This document shows positions 50,700 to 60,578 of a DNA stretch of 63,417 bases, piece after piece. The position numbers were made by a program, and so were the translations under genes. How positions within the stretch are numbered: the stretch's first letter is position 1; every line of letters starts with the position of its first letter. This DNA is from Selaginella moellendorffii (taxonomy: Eukaryota > Plantae > Lycopodiophyta): the NCBI RefSeq assembly GCF_000143415.4, contig NW_003314303.1, forward strand, positions 559,043-622,459, in the 5' to 3' direction. The notes beneath the pieces are model-generated. The model was not told the DNA's origin, made no database searches, and was given only the letters and a program-made list of their open reading frames with translations.

Positions 50700-53600
50700 G
50701 TTCTTTCAATCAATTCGCGTCATCTAACTGGAGGCAAGGCTTTTAGTGCACACTCCCCCGATCGCAGGACCACCGCCAAGCAAGAGCACCACAGCTGTGA
50801 TGGTGGGTAGCTTCTCCTCAATCAGGTTTGCATAACCAATCCCTTGTGGTTTCTAGGCTTGAAGAAAGAATGCTGCACACCTCAACAGCAGTAAACACTA
50901 TGTAGGAAACACCTCGCGAGCATGCAGCCAAGCACTTGATGTTCCACAATCGGTACAGCCAACAATCCCGTGAGACACACGCCAGCCACTTGATTTTCCA
51001 AGCTCCGCAGCAGGGACATCAACTCCAACAACATCCCATCCACAGCTCCCAACTGCATTTGAGCAAGCAGAGCACCGCCTAATATTGCATACATTGCAAC
51101 ATATGCAGAACCTCCAACATGTTTCGTTCTCCTCGCCTTCCTTGGAAAGTAGCAGCCCGAGCGTTTGAAATGAGCAAGTCCAGACACCTTATGCCCATGG
51201 TGTTGTCCTATCTGAAATGCTGCCACCAACACCAACTACAGGATGTGCTCACAGAACCCCATATAGTGCCACTGCTACCAGCCCTGCAACTCCACCAGCT
51301 GTTACAACTCTCGCAACTCCATCTATCGGTACAAGTGCTAGTACTTGGCCATCTACCTCCCGAAGTAACAAGCAGTCTAGCTCAGTAAGTTTTTCATTTG
51401 TACCCATTTTTTTTTTCCATGTGTTTTTTTGCGTAGGGTGAGTTGACAATGCTGCCACACCAACGAGCTTATAGTTCCCTATCAGTATTCCACAACTACT
51501 CCCAAGGATTGATATTATCATCTAGTGGAGCTTCGACATCCATATATGTTCAAGCTAACCCTCAAGGCAGACTGCCATGTGAGCCACAGGTATAACATAA
51601 CCCCATGCACTCTTCATTTTTTTCTTCTTTGGATTTGTTTAACTCATTTTTGTTTCATTGTGCTAGATTCTCTCACCTCTTGTGGCTGCAGTGCACACCT
51701 ATGCCAATAACAATCGGCAATCTTATCTTGTTGTCGTGGCAGTCGATCCAATGTCATTGGTGGGATGTCATCTACAACACCCTTGGAGCACTTGAGGAAA
51801 AAGATGTTCGTGAATGTAAGTCAATTTTTTTTTTAAGTTCCCTCCTCACAAATATATTTTGTGGTCTTTGCAGTTGTAGTTGTTACAAATACCTTAATTG
51901 CAAATGATGATCCCTTGGTGATAGAGCCATTTCTCCCAAAGCTAGCCACGCAGGAACCAAACCAAAACAAGAATAATGAAGATGAAGACTCTACGGATGA
52001 AGAGGACATTCTTCCATTACTGGAAGAAACTCTCCCCACACAAGACAACATGGACATTACCAAAGTCGAAGAATAAAGTGATGGTGGGGATGAATTGCAC
52101 CAAGGATCTCCAAAGACATCTTTATTACCAAAGATAGTGGCTCCAGGCCATGCGGCCGGTAAGAAGCATTAATATAAATAAATATTTTCTTTATTTTCTA
52201 ATTTCTGAGTGTAGATAGGCCAATGGTAGTGTATGATAGTGATGGCGGAGGCCTTGAGACCATGGTGTGCCTCCACCCCCCTTTCTAGAGGGAAGTAGCT
52301 CTACTCCTCTTACTCTTATGGAGTTGCTTGACAACTTTTCTACAGTAGAGTAAGATAATTGAAAATTGTGCCATTCAAAATTGAACTAACGTTTGCATGT
52401 AGATTGTTGGAGCGTCAATAAAGATGGATTGATACCACCAATGCATTTAATGAAGTTGTTCAGTTAACCACTCAGGATAGTGCCAACTTTATCATGCTGC
52501 AACATGAGGAGGTTTCTACCTTATAGGATGCCACCACAGCCCTTGAGGTGAGGGCACAGGGGGATGCTGAAGTTCTCTCACAGATGCAGTGGCTGAAACA
52601 CAAGCTTCTTAGTTGCTTTGGCGTGGAAGCACAAGTGACGAGGAGATACTAGACATTGTTGTTAGACACCCTGAGTTCCATTGGGCTGGCGGTGAAATAT
52701 TTCTTCGGCACGTGTTTTTCAGCCAAGCCATGCCTCATTGGCAAGATTGGGAGAGTATTTTCCTTAAGCTTGGCCTTTCAAAAGCACAGTGACAACACAA
52801 TCTAACAACTCCTTACTGAAGTAAGTATCAATGTGCCTCCTTCAATTGTTGAGTCCACAATAGCATGGTTCATTGAGAAGAGGTACATATATCTATTTCT
52901 TAGCACTTAGTACCATCTTATGGTTTTGTGCAGGGACCTACGTAGGAATTGGGCCTGCACAAATTCATGCTGAAGAATAAAAATGGGCCTTATTTTTGCA
53001 TCGAGAAGGCCATGCTTTGGCCATACAGACTTGCTCGTACACGTTTGAGGCCGTCTTGCATTCTGGTAAGCAATGGATTGCTTATGAATTGGAGTTCCCT
53101 TACTTGTCCTTCTAGATTGCACCAAACAATGAATTCAGTTGTTTCCAATTCCTTCAACACTAATCTCCGCACAGGAATTACAAATTGGTTTATGCGTCTG
53201 AGATTGGAGGAGCTTTGGTGTGGGAGGAATCCACAATAGATGCAGGTGGGCCACATGCAAAAGCCATTAGGGAGGCTGTTCGCCAGATTCCAAGATCGGT
53301 AAGTCTAATTTTCATTTGGCTCACTAGAGTAACTTTGTGTTACAGATGCGTGGACTGTTTGTGCTTAGGGAAGGAGCTACATATTGGCATCCCAGGATGC
53401 CAATGCATTCTAGGACGTTGCAACAAGAAGAGCGGGATGTGGTAAGTTAAGTTTAAATCACAAGTTTTATATGCTCCTCATTTCTATATGCACAGGCTAT
53501 CTTTGTGGGATGGTTGCTATTCCAAGCATTCAAATGTAATGCATAGGTATCTTGTGGGTGTACAATTGCAACATTGGCAATTGCAACTAGAGAGGTTCCA

Positions 53601-54416
53601 AATGAGAATGACCGACGACTTGCCCGAGGAGGACTATATGAGATGGGCCTCAAGGCATATGCGCTGCATATTTGGAATGCACTCAACCAATTGCGAGGTG
53701 CATCAAGCCTAAAAGAGGAGGGCGATCAGCACAAGTCTGTGGATTCCATCCTAAAGAACTTGCAATTACCAACTACAACGCAGTGCTTGAGTCTAGACTC
53801 ACCGAATTTGGTGAAGGTTATGAGCAGGCTGTGGAGGTATGCGTGGCTGCAGTGGTTTGGCATTAACTATTCATCGAGCCAAATGTAGTGGGAGACTTAC
53901 TCCGAGATGGCTTCCAACACTCAATACGCATGGAAGCTCACCAGAGGCCTTACAAGAGTCTACATTGCTAAGTGGGCTTTCACTCATTGGAACAGATGCT
54001 TTGTTACAGGTCTTCCAGGTAAGGATGATCATTCCTCCCGCGGAGTTCATCAACTGCCTGATCTTTGATCAGGACTTTGGAGAGAACTTTCGCAGCTGGA
54101 TTGTGGACATCATTCGAGGTAACTATTTACTTTCACAAACGACTAAAATTCTTGTATGTTTGAACATTTTATAGATATGAGCTCGAAAGAGTTATCCAAG
54201 TTCCATCACTTTGCAGTTGATTCTCCAGAGTTCCGACCAAGAGAGCCTATTTGGATCCAAGTTGAGAGATAGAGTACATCATCTACTCGATTTCCCAGGT
54301 TCTCCACATACACACAAGAAGTTTTCTTCCCTTTAATATACCCGTCAATGGAGTGGACTAAACACAAGATCCATTGGGCACTCCAAAATCCAGAGAGCTT
54401 GTATGGATTGGGCTGA
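50700..54416 (+). pseudogene. Second transposon gene, multi-exon, ending in a HECT-like ubiquitin-ligase domain
   Basis: EESTIDAGGPHAKAI (~53225) resembles the HECT motif GExxxDxGGPxRE. The C-terminus RFPRFSTYTQEVFFPLIYPSMEWTKHKIHWALQNPESLYGLG* resembles LPxAxTCxNxLxLPxYxS...KLxxAI...FG. Many short GT-AG introns and stops. 5' limit approximate. Confidence 0.68.
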
Positions 54417-56221
54417 TGTTGTGGAAGTAATCTAGAGACTTTCACAATAAAAATAGATAATTGTCTTGAAATATGTTTCAACTTTGAAAGAGACTCTTTC
54501 CAGTTAATTGGCAAAGTTAAAAGTAAGAATATTCAAAATATTCCACAAATGCCCATTATAGGCACTTGCGGCCCTTGTACTCTTTTGGCTTATGCTTGGC
54601 TCACCAAGGGTAATCACTATAACTTCCAAAGAAGCTCCCAATTTAGATTCTTGGTCAAAACTATCAAGCTTGGGTGCTACATGATGCCCATCCTCGCTTG
54701 AGGAACTCTCAACCTGTTTCATGGTAGAACCAAAATCACCCTCTAGGTCTGTGAACTCGTCCTTGCTTGCATCTCAAGCAGTAACATATCCCTCGCTATC
54801 ACTTTCTTCAGCAAGACCTTTCCCCTCGGTGATTGGCACAACATTAGAAGTAGTCTTAGGCTACTTTGTCAGAGGGATTGTTGAGCCTTGAGAGGAGGAG
54901 GCATCATATAGAATCCTCGGTCCTGTCCCCTGTTGGATCTATTGTTGTGCCTCAAAGAAGTCATAGAATCCTCTCTAGTTTGCCATGCCAGGAGGAAACC
55001 CAGAAACTTCAAACATTGCAAAAGGGTTAGACTATATAAGAAACTATCACAAATCTACTCTTATTAAAGTGAGCATGAGCTTCCAATCCTTGAAAACTCC
55101 AGTTCTTCGGCCGCAGCGCACAGCATACATTGGATAGTTTTGCCCCATGCTTGGAAACCCTTTTTACAAATTTCAAAATTTGAAACTATTGTGATTGGAA
55201 AATATTGTAAGTGTCCATTGTCATTGCTCTTCTCACCTAAATGTTATTACATGCAATTACAACTTCTATATTCTCAAATCTCCTTCAGCATGCTCTTCTT
55301 GAGAGAACTCCAGGTCCAATTTGAAATAATTATAATTGGAAAATGTTGAAAGTGTCTATTGTTACCTTGAATGTTACTACATGCAATTGCAACTTCAACA
55401 TTCTCAAATCTCCTTCAATATGCTCATGTTGAGAGAACTCCAAGTCCAAACATCAACACTATGCACCTTTGTGTAGTACACAATTGAAGTATGAGCCCCA
55501 CCAATTAATCAAATTGGTTAGACTTCAACCTACTTTTGAGTCATATGCAAATCTTCTAAGCATCATGGTACAAAACTAAAGTGTTAAGAGAGCTATATTG
55601 GAAATCAATGGCAACGAAAGATAAACTCAATGGGATGCATTAGAGACATGACTCTAGACAATATATATCCATGGCTTTGCAATGGAGCTAGAGGGAGTTC
55701 ACTTATGCTTGCTATGAACACTATGTTAAAAGAGATGTGCCAAAAAAGGATAATTCAGTTCTTTTGCCATGAGCACCAAGAGCAAGATGTGAGAACATAC
55801 TGCTCTAAATAAGCAATTTAGTCGATTGTCTATTTGATTTGCAACATTAACAACTTGGTAGAATGCATGGGATGAATGGGTCTATGGGCCATGAATGGCT
55901 CCATTCCATACATAGCATGGGTCATTTCTATGGGCATGATGCCCCATCTGGGGCATAAGGATTGGATATTCGTAAAATATTCTATGCTTGTGTTTTTTCA
56001 CACTCATAATACACGTGGCCCAATAGCAAGCATACACATGGTGTGAGTGAAATCCACCTTTATAAAATCCACCCTTTTACGAATTGCACGCCATACCATG
56101 CACGGAGGAATGCAAGAGTGGGCTTATTTCGTATGTGAATTTCCGAGAAGGCAGACGGACTTAGAGATACCACGTAAAAGAATATTCTAATAAAATTAAG
56201 CGTATGCTTTTTTCCTCTCAA

Positions 56222-56950
56222 TCACTTTCCTCTGTACACCGCGGAGCGAGCCACGAGAAACTCTTTGAGCGCCTCGACTGTGGGCAGCGCGAGCTTGGCA
56301 GCGGGATGCGCGAGCACGGCCTGGAAGAAGTTGTGAAGACGCGGGCACTGCTCCTGGCTCGCGGGCTTCAAGCCCATCACGCCCGCAATCCCTGGGATCC
56401 ACACCGCGTAGGGGGCGAGCATCACATCCAAGAACGCCATTCTCGCGCCGCCAAAGAATGGGCCTTCTTCCTCATTGCCCAGCTTCGTGAATGCCTCCTC
56501 GAGAAGCTCGTAGTTCTCGATAAACTCCTCGTTCGTGGCGTCTCCACGCATGAATCGCATCAAGCAATCCAGAAGCTGTGCCATGGATCACATCAGGGAT
56601 GTGTGGCTCTAGAGACATCTAGCTCGAGTAAAGCATACCTTCTTGTCAATGAAATCCGTCCAGAAGCGATGCTCTGCGCGGAGGAACGCGTCCGTAGGCA
56701 GCAGTGGAGATTCTCCGGACCAGACCTCGTCGATGTACTGAACGATAATGACTGATTCCACAATGGGCTTCCCATTGTGGATGAGAACCGGGACCTTCTT
56801 GTGGATTGGATTGGATTCGAGCAGGAGCTGGCCCTTGTTCCTCAGGTCCTGGGGGAGATCATCGTGCTCGATGCCTTTGAGTAGCAATGCAATCTTTACT
56901 CGCAGAGAAAAGTGGCTCACCCGGGAGCTGAGCAGCGTCACGCCATCCAT
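56222..56950 (-). CDS. GSTU: Tau-class glutathione S-transferase (2 exons)
   Basis: [40 protein letters not shown] followed by the intron, PFFGG. Confidence 0.93.
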
Positions 56951-57089
56951 GGATCCGGAATGGATTGGAAAATGAGATCTCGAGAGAACAGTAGAATTCT
57001 AGAATGCGATCAATCCAAACACTAGTGAAATTGTCATTATATTACATTAGATACCTCCAACTTTTTCTTGTTATTAATGCAAAGGCTCT

Positions 57090-58683
57090 TTACTTATTTC
57101 CCGCAAAGCGAACCTGGATAAATTCCTTGAGCTTCTCGACCGGGGGCAGTGCGCCCTTGGCAGCCGGATGCTCGGACACGGCCTCGAAGAACTTGTGAAG
57201 ACGCGGGCACTGCTCCTCGCTGGCTTGCTTCAAGCCCATCACTCCCACAATCCCGGGGATCCACACGGCGAAGGGAGCGAGCATCACATCTAAGAAGGAG
57301 AAGCTCGCGCCGCCGAAGAAGGGACCCTCTTGTTCACTCCCCAGCTTCGTCAAGGCCCCCTCGAGAAGCACGCAGTTGGCGATGAATTCCTCGTTTGCGG
57401 CATCTTTGTCGTTCCCGCGCACGAAACGCATCAAGCAGTCCAGCAGCTGTACAAGCAAAGGCGTGAGATCGAGTAGATTTCTCAAGACTTATAGAACATA
57501 CCTTCTTGTCGATGAAATCGCTCCAGAAGCGGTGCTCTGCGCGGAGGAATGCGTCTTTCGGCAAGAGTGGCGATGTTCCAGGCCAAACCTCGTCGATGTA
57601 GTGGACGATGATGGCCGACTCTGCGATGGGCTTGCCCTTGTGGATGAGAACCGGGACCTTCTTGTGAACTGGATTGGACTCGAGTAGGATCTTACTCTTG
57701 TTGCCCAAATCCTCGGGGAGATCTTCGTGCTCGGTGCCCTTGAGCAACAGTGCAAGCTTGGCTCGCATCGAGAAGGGGCTGGGCCAAAAGGTGAGCAGTG
57801 TTACTGTTGAGAGTAGATGCTAAGGTAGATGCTTAGCTAGGCAGTTAGGATGATGTGGCATTAGGCAGTTGCCACAGCCCGTGTATACATAGCTTCATAT
57901 ATACAATATGAGCAGTCGTTGCCAACAGTCGCTGCCTTTTTTATCATGGTATCAGAGCACAGATCTTGAGGACCTGTGAAGGATGAAGAAGAAGAAGAAG
58001 CTTCCAAATGCCAACGGCAGAAGCAGAGTAGCCTAGAGCGCAGCAACAAAGCAATGGCAGAGCCATACCAGCAGCGAGGAGTGGCAGATAGTGACTCAGA
58101 AGCCCTGGAGCGGCAGAAGATGTTGATATGCTCCAAGAGAGGAGCAGCAGAGCAGCCAAGAAGCCCAGGAGCAGCAGAGCAGTGACTCAGCAGGCCGAGA
58201 AGCAGAACGGCCAAGATGCTTGAAGAGACGAGCAGCAGCAGCCAAGTGAGCGGCAGCAGATAGCAGCGGCAGAGTTGGCTGAGAAGCCCAGCAGTGGCAA
58301 AAGAGCTCCAAGAGAGGAGCCAAAGGAGCGATGGCAAAAGAGCTCCAAGAGAGGAGCCAAAGGAGCGATGACAAAGCAGCCAAGAGTGGCAGAGGCAGCA
58401 AGCCCTAGAGCAACAAGATGTAGTTGCTTTGAGTGGGAGTCAGTGTCAGTTGTATGCATGCTGAGCATCTTATGTTCAGGCTTTGTCTTAGTTTGTAGAC
58501 ACGCCTGAGTGGGAGTGTTGAGAGTAGATGCTAAGGTAGATGCTTAGCTAGGCAGTTAGGATGATGTGGCATTAGGCAGTTGCCACAGCCCGTGTATACA
58601 TAGCTTCATATATACAATATGAGCAGTCGTTGCCAACAGTCGCTGCCTTTTTTATCAGTTACATCTTGATCACTAGAAGCCAT
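57090..58683 (-). pseudogene. GSTU: Tau-class GST disrupted in exon 1 by a TRIM
   Basis: MASSDQDVT (58683-58658) joins [14 protein letters not shown] once the insertion is removed; the rest is intact. Confidence 0.92.
57805..58657 (+). mobile_element. TRIM, 853 bp
   Basis: Identical 142-bp LTRs (57805-57946, 58516-58657); PBS TGGTATCAGAGC; PPT TGAGTGGGAG; TSD GTTAC. Confidence 0.96.
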
Positions 58684-58983
58684 TGGAATTGGGAAATCGA
58701 GAAGAAAGATCTGGAAATGCGAGAGGCTGGAGAAAGGTTTGTTGAAGTCGCGCTTTATATAGTCCGTGTGATCCACGGGGAGCGGAATTTCTGAGAAACA
58801 GGAGACGAAGGCTTCAAGGGAGTTCCAGAACATAATTCGTACCTTCGTTAGGCCACGATTGACTGAGAAGAGATATTCGAGAAGAGATCTTCGTGAATGT
58901 CGGTAGAACACTTAAGTTTTTAACCCGGTTATTCCCAAGCCCACCACCCGAGCGACCACAGTTTGTTAGACCGAAGCCAAAGA

Positions 58984-60443
58984 TCACGATCGAGTGTCGG
59001 TAGAACACAAGTCTGTGAACAGCATCAAGTTATTCCGAGAGCCACCACCCGATGCCGCTGCCTTTCTCGCCGCGTCCCTGAATTCCCTCGCTCTCGCCTT
59101 TCGAGCTTTCTCGTTGAAGATCCTCGCAATGGCCTCAGCAATCTCCTCCCGCTTCACAAACGCGTCGGAGCTCCTCCCGTCCGAAACTTCCACCCCGATG
59201 CGGCACCTCTCCGCCATGATCTTGCGGTTGAGCCCCTGCTCGTATATCCGAGGCCAGCAGATGATCGGCACGCCGCTGGAGACGCTCTCCAGGACCGAGT
59301 TCCATCCGCAGTGGCTCACGAATCCAGCCACTGCCCTGTGCGCCAGAACTTCTCTCTGCGGCGCCCATGAAACCACCAGGCCTCGTCCCTTGGTCCGCTC
59401 GACGAAGTTCTTGTAGAAGTCACTGTTCTTCACCAGGACTGTCGTGTCTGCTTCGTCCACGAACTGGAGCGGCCTGACTGTGAGCAAGAACGGCACCTTG
59501 CTCGCCTCCAAACCGAGCGCGAGCTCCTCGAATTCCTCCTGCGACAGCTTCGCTATGCTGCCGAATGCGACATAGAGGACTGAGTCTGGTTCCTGCGTGT
59601 CGAGCCAGTCGAGGCATTCCCTGTCCTCCTTGAGAAAGCTCAGCACGGACTTCAAGTCGCCGTGATCATCCAGCACCGGGAACAAGGGACCGATTGGCAG
59701 AAACTTGTCGTTGAAAAGCTTCTTCATCGCGTCCACCACCTCGGGCTCCAGCTCGTGGAATGTGTTACACAGGATCCAGGAGGACGCCTTGAGCCGCTCG
59801 GCTCCAGCACGAAAGTACTCAAGCACGGCTTCCGTGTAGTGCCATGGAAGATCAGAGTCTATCCCCGGAATGTAAGTGATTTCTCGGTCCTCGCCATCTG
59901 ATTTTAAACAAGACAAAGATTTAGAGCTATAAGAGTTGACAAAGACAAACCTTTTATCGGAAGATCGCCTTCGGAAATAAGCAGTGGGACGTGGTACTCA
60001 ACAGCAAACCAAGCCGCACTTCCAGGCCAGTAAACAGCGTATGGAATTCCAAATTCGCTGGTGACTGGAGCACACCATGATCCAGCATAGTGATCAGAGA
60101 TTATGACGGTAACGCGAGGTCCACTGTCATTCAGAGCTTGGATCAAATTCTTGAACTCGCCGCCGAGATCGTAAACTGCTCTTGAAAAGCGCATTAGATC
60201 AGCTTCTGCAGCAGCGAGAACTCCTTTCGACAAATCCACCGCGGGATGAAGAGCCTCCAGCCTGATATCCAACTCCGAAGGAAAATCCCATACCTTGATC
60301 TGCTCATGAATGGAAACCACGTTGGCGATGGTAACTGCGCATCCGAGTTCTGCCAGCTTCTTGCCGAGGAACACAACTGGCGAAAAGTGCCCCTGAGCAG
60401 GATACGGGACGAGTACCACATGTGGTTTGCCTGCAAACATCAT
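58984..60443 (-). CDS. UGT: Family-1 UDP-glycosyltransferase (intron ~59899-59951; possible extra 5' exon up to 60582)
   Basis: HVVLVPYPAQGH; PSPG box WAPQREVLAHRAVAGFVSHCGWNSVLESVSSGVPIICWPRIYEQ; GGGSRNNL. Confidence 0.93.
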
Positions 60444-60578
60444 ATTGTCAATGCAATTTCTCTCGAGTTCTACGAAGAAGAAAGAACGAACCTGAAGCGC
60501 TATATTTTGGTGGAGTAGGCCAGCTGACACACCGAAGCCCGTTCCTCGCCCTTCCACGTTGGCTTTTTCCGGAAAGAA

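Larger units (their letters stand above)
32828..56095 (+). mobile_element. IS3EU-like DNA transposon (~7.7 kb once the nested LTRs are removed)
   Basis: Imperfect ~50-bp TIR TATGGTGTGCAATTTGTAAAAGGGTG...ATTTCACTCACA / TGTGAGTGAAAT...CACCCTTTTACGAATTGCACGCCATA; TSD CCATG at 32823-32827 and 56096-56100; inserted in a GST exon. Confidence 0.85.

Noticed and set aside
58860-59060. Degenerate duplication of the UGT 3' end (GTCGGTAGAACAC...GTTATTCC...CCACCACCCGA)
   Set aside because: Short local duplication with no evident function.
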